Shown here: one piece after another, positions 1 through 8,265 of the stretch
Layout: every line of letters begins with the position of its first letter
How positions within the stretch are numbered: the first letter of the stretch is position 1
Source of the DNA: an uncultured Actinomycetes bacterium
GTDB taxonomy: Bacteria; Actinomycetota; UBA4738; HRBIN12
Direction of reading: 5' to 3'
Assembly: GCA_963731925.1 (NCBI GenBank)
Contig: CAVSXK010000026.1
Coordinates: forward strand, 94,265 to 158,264
DNA length: 64,000 nucleotides
The notes under the pieces: model-generated
What the model was told of the DNA's origin: nothing
Databases searched by the model: none
Seen by the model: only the letters and a program-made list of their open reading frames with translations
Program-made: the position numbers and the translations under genes

Positions 1-547
1 CGCAGAAGTAGTACCGGAGGTCGGCCACCGCGTCGCCGAGCAGGTCGCGCATCACGTCCTTCGAGCGCGGTCCCTGGATCTGCATCGGCGCCACGTCGGC
101 CTCGAAGATCGAGACGTCCATCCCGCGGCCGCCCGCGACGCCTGCCAGGAACAGGAGCGCGTCCGAATCGGCGAGCGCGAGCCAGAAGCGGTCGCGGTCC
201 AGCCGCAGCAGGACCGGGTCGTTCACGATGCCTCCCCACGGAGCGGTGAGGAGCACGTACCGAGCCTGCATCGGCTCGACCTTCGTCAGATCTCGACAGG
301 TGACCAGGTTCACGAGGTCGAACGCGTCCGGCCCCCGAACCTCGACGCAGCGCTCGACCGCGACGTCCCACAGCGTGACGTCGTTCAGGAGCGCGCGGTA
401 CTCGGTGACCGGGTCGTCGTACAGCGTCGGCAAGAGCATGTGGTTGTACAGGCCCCAGCTCTTGCAGCCGTGGCGCTTCGTCGCCTCGAAGTACGGCGAC
501 TTCCGGTACCACGGCTGGATGTAGAAGGTGAACGTCTCGGACGCCAT
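1..547 (-). CDS. GcvT-family aminomethyltransferase, DmdA-like (partial, runs off left edge)
   Basis: Not in the ORF track; read manually. ATG at 547 after AGGAGG (555-560); MASETFTFYIQPWYRKSPY..LYNHMLLPTLYDD..WDVAVERCVE..NDPVLLRL..FWLALADSD; clear paralogue of 2013-3158. Confidence 0.85.
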   Translation of the reverse strand, partial: MASETFTFYIQPWYRKSPYFEATKRHGCKSWGLYNHMLLPTLYDDPVTEYRALLNDVTLWDVAVERCVEVRGPDAFDLVNLVTCRDLTKVEPMQARYVLLTAPWGGIVNDPVLLRLDRDRFWLALADSDALLFLAGVAGGRGMDVSIFEADVAPMQIQGPRSKDVMRDLLGDAVADLRYYFC

Positions 548-602
548 CGATGATCCTCCTGCGTTCTTTGGCCGCTCGGCGGATGAGGCGCGAGCCTAGC
601 CG

Positions 603-1145
603 CTAGTTGAGGTCGGGGTCGAACGGCATCGTCGACATCAACCGGTACTCCGGACCCTTGCGGCGCAGGACATCGCCCCACAGCGCGTCGGGATCCTCGG
701 TGAAGACGTCGCTCGCGAGCGCACGCTCGGTGATCCACGAGCCCTCGTCCAGCTCGACCTCGAGCTGGCCGGCGCGCCACCCCGCGTACCCGGCGAACAC
801 CCGGGCGCGCCGAAGGCCGCCGATCGACGCCGGGTCGGCCTCCTCGGGCAGGAACCCGATCGAGTCGAACGCGACCACATCCGCCACCTCCGGGTGCTCG
901 AAATCAGCCACGACCACCGCCGACTGGGATGAGACCGGTCCGCCGATGAACAGCCGGTCGCCCGGCTCCACCAGCCCGGCGAGCGGTGGCACCGCCACGG
1001 CGACCTCGACCTCGCTCGCGCGGTTGAGCACGACCCCGACCGCGCCCTCGTCGTCGTGGTGGCCGATCAGCACGACCGCGCGACGGAAGTTCGCGTCCAG
1101 CAAGGATGTCCCGGCGATCAGCAGGTGTCCGCTCAGCGGTTCCAC
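603..1145 (-). CDS. YqgE/AlgH family protein (DUF179)
   Basis: C-terminal part of ORF 603-1991: LLIA..DANFRRAVVLI..GAVGVVLNR..GGPV..VFAGYAGW..GQLE.EL..GSW. GTG start at 1145 inferred. Confidence 0.85.
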   Translation of the reverse strand: MEPLSGHLLIAGTSLLDANFRRAVVLIGHHDDEGAVGVVLNRASEVEVAVAVPPLAGLVEPGDRLFIGGPVSSQSAVVVADFEHPEVADVVAFDSIGFLPEEADPASIGGLRRARVFAGYAGWRAGQLEVELDEGSWITERALASDVFTEDPDALWGDVLRRKGPEYRLMSTMPFDPDLN

Positions 1146-1202
1146 GGCCCCATCATCTCGCGCGAACGACCGGTCCCACGAGCCGCATAGACTCGACACG
1201 CC

Positions 1203-2003
1203 ATGGACCCGGAGATCCTCGGCCATTACGAGCGAGGGGTGGAGCTCGAACGGCTCGCAGGCGGCAGCTCGCGGATCGAGTTCGAGCGGACCAAGGAACT
1301 CCTCGAGCGCCACCTCCCCCAGGTGCCGGCGCGGGTACTCGACGTCGGTGGTGGCCCCGGCGCGTACGCGACGTGGCTGGCCGAGCGCGGCTTTGAGGTG
1401 ACGCTCGTCGATCCCGTGCCGATGCATGTGAGCCAGGCAGCCGAGCGAGCGGCACGCTCGGCGCGTCCGTTCACCGCGGGTCTCGGTGACGCCCGAGACC
1501 TGGAACAGGCTGACGGAACGTTCGACGTCGTCCTGCTGTTCGGTCCGCTGTACCACCTGCCCGACCGCGCCGAGCGCATGCGGGCGCTCTCGGAGGCGAC
1601 GCGAGTCGTCCGCCCCGGCGGGATCGTCGCGGTCGCCGCGATCTCGCGGTTCGCATCGATCCTGGACGGCATGGTGAACGGCTACCTCTCCGACCCGCGG
1701 TTCAGCGCCATCGTCGACGAGGACCTGCGCGAGGGGATCCACCGCAACCCCACGGGGAACATCGAGTACTTCACGACGGCGTACTTCCACCATCCCGACG
1801 AGCTGACCGCCGAACTCGTGGACGCGGGGCTCGTCGTCGACGCCCTCTACGGCATCGAGGGACCGGGCTGGCTGCGCTCCGAGCTGTGGGAGGAGGCTGA
1901 CGGCCGGGAGGCGATCCTTCGCGTCGCGCGCGCGGTGGAGAGCGAGCCGACGATGATCGGGATCAGCGCGCACCTCATGGCGGTTGGGCATCGGCCCGAC
2001 TGA
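1203..2003 (+). CDS. Class I SAM-dependent methyltransferase
   Basis: Motif I VLDVGGGPGAYA, DARDL, FDVVLLFGPLYHL, VRPGG. Confidence 0.85.
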   Translation: MDPEILGHYERGVELERLAGGSSRIEFERTKELLERHLPQVPARVLDVGGGPGAYATWLAERGFEVTLVDPVPMHVSQAAERAARSARPFTAGLGDARDLEQADGTFDVVLLFGPLYHLPDRAERMRALSEATRVVRPGGIVAVAAISRFASILDGMVNGYLSDPRFSAIVDEDLREGIHRNPTGNIEYFTTAYFHHPDELTAELVDAGLVVDALYGIEGPGWLRSELWEEADGREAILRVARAVESEPTMIGISAHLMAVGHRPD

Positions 2004-2012
2004 CGCGCGAGG

Positions 2013-3158
2013 TCAGCCCCTCGGGATGTCCTTGTTCGGATCCAGGAAGGGGAGCGCAGCCGTGACCGCGGCGACCGGCCCGTCGGGTGACAGGACCTCG
2101 AGCTCGGTCCCGGGCTCGGCGAGTTCGATCGGGACCCACGCGTAGCCGATGTTCTGCTTCAGGCGGAAGGAATGCGAGGCGCTCACGAGACGGCCGACGA
2201 CCTGACCGTCCCTGCGAACATCCCAGAAGTCCTCGAGCCACATCCGGAAGGGCTCGCCGGTGAGCGTCACGCCGACGAGCTTGCGGTCGACGCCCTGCTC
2301 CGCCACCCGTCGGAGCGCATCCTTGCCGATGAACTCCGCCTCGAACTCGACCAGGCGCTCCATCCCGCTTATGTGGAACGGCGTGTCCTCCACCGTCATG
2401 TCGTTGCCGTAGTTGAAGATCCCGGCCTCGAGCCGCCGTTGGTCGCTCGGCGCGATCGCCCGGATCTGGTGCGCCTCGCCCGCCTCCATCACCCGGTCCC
2501 ACAGCTCGGAGCCGCGCGATCCGTCGCGCAGGTAGATCTCGTACCCGACCTCCCCCGTCCACCCCGTTCGCGAGACGACCACCGGGATCGAACCCAGATC
2601 GCCTTCCCAACACCGGTAGTAGCGCAGATCCGCGACCTCGTCCCCGAGGAGCGCTCGGATCACGTCCTTGCTCTTGGGTCCCTGGACCTGGAGCGGCGAG
2701 ACGTCGGGTTCGCGGATCGTCACGTCCATCCCGGCGAACGCCTGCACGCCGAGCGCGTACAGCATCGCGTCGGAGTCGGCGAGCGAGAGCCAGAAGTGGT
2801 TCTCGCCGAGCCGGAGCAGGATCGGATCGTTCACGATCCCGCCGCTCGCCGCGATGATCGGCGCGTACTTGCATTGCAGCACGTCGCACCGCGAGAGGTC
2901 CCGGCACGTGAGGAGCTGCGTGAACCTCGCGGCGTCTGGGCCGGTGATCTCGACCTGGCGCTCGACGGCGACGTCCCACAGCCCGACGTGCTCGACCAGG
3001 TGCCAGTACTCCGCTTCGTCGTCGTCGTACAGGGTCGGGATCAGCATGTGGTTGTACAGGTCCCAGCTCGTGCAGCCGGCCTCGACCGTCCGCTGCCAGT
3101 ACGGCGAACGCCGGTACCACGACGCCGTGTAGAACGTGAACGAGTACGGCTCCTTCAT
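2013..3158 (-). CDS. GcvT-family aminomethyltransferase, DmdA-like
   Basis: LYNHMLIPTL, WDVAVERQVEITGPDA, NDPILL, SLADSD, PLQVQGP, SRTGWTGEVGYEIY, YGNDMT. ATG at 3158 overlaps the upstream stop (ATGA). Confidence 0.88.
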   Translation of the reverse strand: MKEPYSFTFYTASWYRRSPYWQRTVEAGCTSWDLYNHMLIPTLYDDDEAEYWHLVEHVGLWDVAVERQVEITGPDAARFTQLLTCRDLSRCDVLQCKYAPIIAASGGIVNDPILLRLGENHFWLSLADSDAMLYALGVQAFAGMDVTIREPDVSPLQVQGPKSKDVIRALLGDEVADLRYYRCWEGDLGSIPVVVSRTGWTGEVGYEIYLRDGSRGSELWDRVMEAGEAHQIRAIAPSDQRRLEAGIFNYGNDMTVEDTPFHISGMERLVEFEAEFIGKDALRRVAEQGVDRKLVGVTLTGEPFRMWLEDFWDVRRDGQVVGRLVSASHSFRLKQNIGYAWVPIELAEPGTELEVLSPDGPVAAVTAALPFLDPNKDIPRG

Positions 3159-4768
3159 CGACGCTTCCCGCGACGCTTCCGATCCCTGCGGATCTCGCGC
3201 ACGCAGTTGTACGCGGGGATACCGGACACGCCCCCGCCCCCGTGCGTGGCGCTCGAGCATTGATACAGGCCGTCGATCGGCGTCCGGTAGTCGGCGTACC
3301 CGGGCGCAGGACGCATGTGGAACAGCTGGTCGGCCGACAGCTCACCGTGGAAGATGTTGCCGCCGATCAGGTTCCACTCCGTCTCCATGTCGTACGGCCC
3401 GAGCACCTGCCGGGCGACGATCGACTCCCGGAACCCGGGCGCGACGTCCTCGTACGCCTGCACGACGCGGTCGGCGTAGGCCTCGAGCTCCTCTCGATGC
3501 GGTTCTTCGGACCACGTGTGCGGGACCCACTGCGTGAACAGCGAGACCACGTGCGCGCCCTTCGGCGCGAGCGAGGGATCCAGCGTGGTCGGGATCACGC
3601 CGTCCGAGAAGGGCAGCGTCGCGGGCCGTCCCGCCCGGGCCTCCTCGAACGACCGCTCGAGCTGATCGATGGAGGGAGCGATCTCGAACCCACCGGAGAA
3701 GTCCCTCCAGTCGGGTTCGCCCGCCAGGGTCGGTAGCTTGCTGATCGCGCAGTTGATCTTCACGACGCCCGAACGGCTCGACCAGTGCTCGATGTCGTCC
3801 ACGAACCCCTCGGGCAGCTCGTGCCGGTCGATCTGGCGGAGGAACGTGATCTTCGGGTGGCAGGCCGTGATCACGATCGGCGCGGCGAGCTCCTCGCCGT
3901 CCCGGAGCACCACGCCCCGCGCGCGGCCGCCTGAGATCAGGACCTTCTCGACCGCGGCGTCGGTACGTACCTCTGCCCCGAACGCACGGGCGCTCCGCTC
4001 GAGCGCCGCGGCCACGGCGCCCATCCCACCCTCGGGGACGCCCCACGAGCCGAGCGTTCCGTCGCCGACGTCGCCGATCTCGTGATGCGCCATCACGTAG
4101 GCGGTCCCCGGCTCGTAGGGACCCGCCCACGTCCCGATCAGGCCGTCGATCGCCATCACGGCCTTGACCTGTTCGGACTCGAAGAACCGGTCGAGCAGGT
4201 CGGCGACGCTCATCGTGAGCAGCCGCGTGACCTCGCCGACCGTGCGGACCGACAGCCCGCGCAACCGCCACGCCAGGCGGAGCTGCTCGAACAGGTCTAC
4301 GGGCCGCTTGGAGCCGATCTGCGGCGGCGTGCTCATCAGGAGCGGCCCGAGGACGGCGGCGAGGCCTCCGATCCACGCCTCCCAGCGTTCGAGCGCGTCG
4401 GCGTCCTTCTTGGAGAACTTCGCGAACTCGTCGTGGTTCTTGGACGGGTCGTCGTACTCGATCATCACCCTGCCGTCGGGGAACGGCACGACGTAGGGAC
4501 CGACCGGGTGCACGCGGTACCCGTGCCGGGCGAGTTGCAGGTCGCGGACGATCGTGTCCGGCATCAGGCTCATCACGTACGAGAGCGTCGTGACGCGGAA
4601 CTCCGGATGATCGGGCCAGGGCTGGTCGGTCGCGGCGGCGCCGCCGGTCTTGTGACGCGCCTCGCACACGACCACTCGCGCGCCGGCACGGGCGAGATAG
4701 GCGGCGGCGACCAGGCCGTTGTGGCCGCCGCCGATCACGATCGCGTCGTAGGCGTTCGGACCCGCCAA
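3155..4768 (-). CDS. NAD(P)/FAD-dependent oxidoreductase, phytoene dehydrogenase-like (COG1233/PYROXD2-like)
   Basis: DAIVIGGGHNGLVAAAYLARAG, GGMGAVA, GGNIFHG, YQCSSATHGGGGVSG; TTG start after GGAGG. Confidence 0.85.
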   Translation of the reverse strand: MAGPNAYDAIVIGGGHNGLVAAAYLARAGARVVVCEARHKTGGAAATDQPWPDHPEFRVTTLSYVMSLMPDTIVRDLQLARHGYRVHPVGPYVVPFPDGRVMIEYDDPSKNHDEFAKFSKKDADALERWEAWIGGLAAVLGPLLMSTPPQIGSKRPVDLFEQLRLAWRLRGLSVRTVGEVTRLLTMSVADLLDRFFESEQVKAVMAIDGLIGTWAGPYEPGTAYVMAHHEIGDVGDGTLGSWGVPEGGMGAVAAALERSARAFGAEVRTDAAVEKVLISGGRARGVVLRDGEELAAPIVITACHPKITFLRQIDRHELPEGFVDDIEHWSSRSGVVKINCAISKLPTLAGEPDWRDFSGGFEIAPSIDQLERSFEEARAGRPATLPFSDGVIPTTLDPSLAPKGAHVVSLFTQWVPHTWSEEPHREELEAYADRVVQAYEDVAPGFRESIVARQVLGPYDMETEWNLIGGNIFHGELSADQLFHMRPAPGYADYRTPIDGLYQCSSATHGGGGVSGIPAYNCVREIRRDRKRRGKRR

Positions 4769-4786
4769 CGCTCTTCCTCCTCGGCC

Positions 4787-4802
4787 TTGAACGGCGGTTC
4801 AA
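4787..4802. promoter_or_regulatory. Palindromic operator candidate TTGAAC-N4-GTTCAA just downstream of a minus-strand -10 (TAACGT, 4809-4814)
   Basis: Perfect 6-bp inverted repeat with a 4-bp spacer, ending about 19 nt upstream of the TTG start at 4768. Confidence 0.5.
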
Positions 4803-4851
4803 CCCCGAACGTTACCCCGGGGAGACCGCCGGCGCGAGGCGGCCTGATCCC

Positions 4852-5533
4852 TCAGGGGAGCTCGGTGGTCCTCCGACCGGCCGTGATGGGCGTCGCGCCG
4901 AGGAGCGGGAGCAGCACGATCGCCGAGAGCCCCGCGGCCACACCGGCGATCGCGTACATCCCCCGCGCTCCCACCACGGGCAGCACGAACGCCGCCGCCA
5001 CGAACGAGACGGTCAGCCCTCCGTGGAACAGACCCTCGATGGCGCCCAGGACCCGGCTGCGCACCGAGTCCGGCGATCGGCGCTGGAACAGGTTCTGCTC
5101 GGCGACGCCGGTGATCCCCTCGCTGGCTCCCCAGGCGACGTTCAGGACCAGGACGAGAGCGAACCACGGCGAGAGCGCGATCGCGATGCCGAGGCACGCG
5201 GTGAAGGCGGTCCAGCGCCGACAGGAAGGCGATCGCCACCAGAGGACCGGGCGACGAGGCGACCAGGGCCATCCCTGCGAAGCAGACCGCCGCCGCCAGA
5301 TCCGACACGATCATGACCGTCCGGCGGTCGATCCGGTCCCCCAGGACGCTCGCGAGCGGACCGACCAGCCCGGTCACGCCCTCGGTGAAGATCAGCGCCG
5401 CCGCGAGCCAGACCGAAGACCCCGTCTGGTCGTAGATCTCGAACATCAGCGCCGTGTACGCGGCCGCGCTCCCGGTGACCGAGATCACCCGAGCGAGCGC
5501 CAGCCGGCGAACGGCCGTCCGCGGTTGGGTCAT
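4852..5533 (-). pseudogene. MFS transporter paralogue 3 with internal out-of-frame deletion
   Basis: N-terminus MTQPRTAVRRLA..IAFLSAL joins at about 5212 to a different frame TAFTACLGIAIALSPWF..RSRVLGA..TELP*; 682 nt versus about 1200 nt for its neighbours. Confidence 0.75.
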
Positions 5534-6729
5534 CCCGAAGCCGATCGTTCCGGCCGCGCGGCTTCGTCGAGCGCGAGCAGTCGACGCATCCGGATCAGCA
5601 CGAACACCGCGAGCCCCGCCGTGACCCCACCCACCGCGTAGGTCGCCTGCGGCCCGATCCACGGCACGACGAAGGCGGCCGCCACGTACGCGAACGCCAG
5701 CATGATGTGCAGCAACCCCATGAAGGCGGCCGAGACGCGGCTCCGAACCGCGTCGGGCGCCCGGCGCTGTCGGAGGTTCGTCTCGGCGACGAACGTGGTC
5801 CCGTCGGCGACGCCGAACACGAACAGCAGCCCGACGATCAGGACGAACCACGGCGAGAGCCCGATGCCGATGCCGGTCGCGGCGATCACGATCCCGGCGG
5901 TCACGAGCCACGTGCCCTCGCTCCCCTCCTTCATCCTCTTCGCGAAGAGCGAGCCGAGCACGGTCCCGCCTCCCCAGGCCGTGATCAGCATCCCGAACCC
6001 GAACGAACCCGCGTCGAACGCGTCCGCGAGCGGCGCGTCCGCGACCATCGACATCCCCATGCCGGAGATGAACACGACCCACGCAAGCAGCAGCGTCCGC
6101 AGGACGCGGTCGTGCCAGAGGAACCGGAACCCGGCACGGACGCCGCGGAACTCGTCCTCCGCGTCTCGATCACCGGAGAACCGGGCGTGCACGGTCACGA
6201 TGATCAGCGCCGACACGACGAACGAGGCTGCGTTCAAGGCGAACACCGCGCTCGGGCTCGTCACCGCCAGCATCAGACCGCCGAGCGCGGGCCCGATCGT
6301 GATACCCGCGCTGCGGCTCGCGCCGAGCAGGCTGTTGGCCCAGGTCACGTGCTCCGGCCCGGCGACGTTGGGGATCGCGGCCTCGGACGCCGACCAGAAC
6401 GGCGCCTCGGCGATCGCGGACAGGAACGCCCACGCCAGCAACCACGCTGGCTCGTCGGAGAGCGCCATCATCGCGAAGCACGCGGCGCCGGCGAGCTCCG
6501 AGACGATCATGACCTTCCGCCGGTCGAACCGGTCGCCGAGCATCCCCGCCGGCGGCCCGACGAACCCCAGGACCCCGAACGTCAGCAGGAGCGACAGCGC
6601 CACCCACGCGGCCGAACCCGTGCGATCGAAGATCGTGAAGTTCAGCGCCGCGTACGCGGCGGCGCCCCCCGTGATCGAGATGATCCGGGCGGTCGCGAGC
6701 CGTCGAACGGCGGTTCGGGGGGCGGTCAT
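5530..6729 (-). CDS. MFS transporter (DHA3/MefA-EntS-like efflux type), paralogue 2
   Basis: MTAPRTAVRRLA; motif A GMLGDRFDRRKVMI; GPALGG; many hydrophobic segments. Confidence 0.88.
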   Translation of the reverse strand: MTAPRTAVRRLATARIISITGGAAAYAALNFTIFDRTGSAAWVALSLLLTFGVLGFVGPPAGMLGDRFDRRKVMIVSELAGAACFAMMALSDEPAWLLAWAFLSAIAEAPFWSASEAAIPNVAGPEHVTWANSLLGASRSAGITIGPALGGLMLAVTSPSAVFALNAASFVVSALIIVTVHARFSGDRDAEDEFRGVRAGFRFLWHDRVLRTLLLAWVVFISGMGMSMVADAPLADAFDAGSFGFGMLITAWGGGTVLGSLFAKRMKEGSEGTWLVTAGIVIAATGIGIGLSPWFVLIVGLLFVFGVADGTTFVAETNLRQRRAPDAVRSRVSAAFMGLLHIMLAFAYVAAAFVVPWIGPQATYAVGGVTAGLAVFVLIRMRRLLALDEAARPERSASG

Positions 6730-6761
6730 CGGCTGAGTGTCCACCGGCCCCCGACCTCCGT

Positions 6762-8012
6762 CTACCCTGCGACCCGAGCTACGACGAGCTCGTCCGCCTC
6801 GATGGGTTCCTGTTCCACGGTCGCTTCGGCGACCGGTGTGCGCCGCGACGCGCGCAGCACCGGCACGAGCACGACCGCGCCGAGCAACCCGCACGCCCCG
6901 CCGATCGCGTAGGTCGCCCTCGGGCCGAGCGCGGCGACCGCGGGACCGCCCAGCACGAATCCGATCGACAACGCGATGTCGATCATCGCCTCCGACGCGC
7001 CCACCACCCGGCTGCGAACCGCGTCCGGCGTCCTGCGCTGCTGGATGCTCCGGTCGGCGATCATGATGACCGCGTCCGCCGCGCCACACACGAGGAGCAG
7101 CGCGAGGACCGGCGGGAACCACGGCGAGAGCGCGATCCCCGCCGTGGTGGCCCCCATCACGATCGTGCCGAGGATCAACGCGCGCGCCTCGTTCCGCTCG
7201 TGCAGCTTCCGGCCGGCGAACGACCCGATGACGGACCCTGCGCCGAACGCGCCGATCATCAGCCCGTAGCCGGTCGAGCCCGACCCGAACAGCTCGGCGA
7301 GCGGGACGTCGGCCACCATCGCGAGGCCGATCCCGAATACCAGCGCCACCCAGGCGAGGACGATCGTGCGCAGCACCCGGTCACGCGCGATGAAGACGAA
7401 GCCCGCGCGGAACCCTCGGTGCTCGTCGTCGTGCTCCGTCCGATCCTCCGCGAAGCGGCCGTAGACCGTCGCGATGATCGCGGCCGACACGACGAACGAG
7501 AACGCGTTGGCGCCGAACACCATGCCGGGGCCGATGGCCGCGAGCAGCACACCGCCGAGGGCAGGGCCGAGCATGATCCCGGCGTTGCCGCCCACCTGGA
7601 GCAGGCCGTTCGCCCAGGCCAGGTCGTCCTTGCCGACGAGGTTGGGGACCGCTGCCGCCGAGGCGGACCAGAACGGCGCCTCGACGACCGCGGCGACGAA
7701 CCCCAGGGCGAGCAGCAGCACGGGCTCGTGGACGAACGCCAGCGCGAGGAAGCACGCCGCGCCGGCCAGGTCGGACGCGATCATCACGCGCTTGCGGTTG
7801 AAGCGGTCGCCCAGCATGCCGCCAAGCGGCGCGAACACGCCGGAAACCCCGAACGTGAGCAGCAGCGACGCCGAGAGCCACGCCGCCGAGCCGGTCCGCT
7901 CGTAGACGGTGAAGTTCAGCGCCGCGAACGCGGCCGCACCGCCCGTGATCGAGATCAGACGTGCGAGCGCGAGCCTTCGAACGGCGCTGCGAGGTTGTGA
8001 GTTGGGACGCAT
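6762..8012 (-). CDS. MFS transporter (DHA3/MefA-EntS-like efflux type), paralogue 1
   Basis: PRSAVRRLA; GMLGDRFNRKRVMI; GPALGG; AGGAG RBS at 8020-8024. Confidence 0.88.
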   Translation of the reverse strand: MRPNSQPRSAVRRLALARLISITGGAAAFAALNFTVYERTGSAAWLSASLLLTFGVSGVFAPLGGMLGDRFNRKRVMIASDLAGAACFLALAFVHEPVLLLALGFVAAVVEAPFWSASAAAVPNLVGKDDLAWANGLLQVGGNAGIMLGPALGGVLLAAIGPGMVFGANAFSFVVSAAIIATVYGRFAEDRTEHDDEHRGFRAGFVFIARDRVLRTIVLAWVALVFGIGLAMVADVPLAELFGSGSTGYGLMIGAFGAGSVIGSFAGRKLHERNEARALILGTIVMGATTAGIALSPWFPPVLALLLVCGAADAVIMIADRSIQQRRTPDAVRSRVVGASEAMIDIALSIGFVLGGPAVAALGPRATYAIGGACGLLGAVVLVPVLRASRRTPVAEATVEQEPIEADELVVARVAG

Positions 8013-8090
8013 CGGACGACTCCTGTAGCTCGGTTGGTTCGAGGGACGGTGGTTCGGGCGATCCCGCCGGAGAGGCGGGGTTCGCGACCG

Positions 8091-8162
8091 CTAGACGGCC
8101 GCGATGAAGGACGGGATGAGACCCGTCTTCCTGCTCCCGAACGACACCTGGAGTCGCCTCAT
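8091..8162 (-). CDS. Candidate 23-aa leader peptide (uORF) MRRLQVSFGSRKTGLIPSFIAAV
   Basis: ATG 9 nt downstream of a TAAGCT -10 (8172-8177); TAG at 8091-8093; codons 3-5 are complementary to the MFS ribosome-binding site. Confidence 0.4.
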   Translation of the reverse strand: MRRLQVSFGSRKTGLIPSFIAAV

Positions 8163-8205
8163 AACCGCGCGAGCTTACCAGCGGACTTCTTGCGAAGGAA
8201 GCGTT

Positions 8206-8221
8206 TGTGACGAACGTCACA
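8206..8221. promoter_or_regulatory. CRP/GlxR-type site TGTGA-N6-TCACA
   Basis: TGTGACGAACGTCACA, a perfect consensus match, in the intergenic region upstream of the MFS operon promoter. Confidence 0.65.
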
Positions 8222-8265
8222 TCGCGATGCGAGGACGAACGAACGGATCTCTCGGTCCGGCCAGG

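Noticed and set aside
548-602. Glycine riboswitch or glycine cleavage system
   Set aside because: The leader is too short; no gcvH or gcvP in the window; the proteins look DmdA-like.
3155-4768. Carotenoid biosynthesis (crtI)
   Set aside because: No crtB, crtE or crtY nearby; the context is a folate-dependent enzyme.
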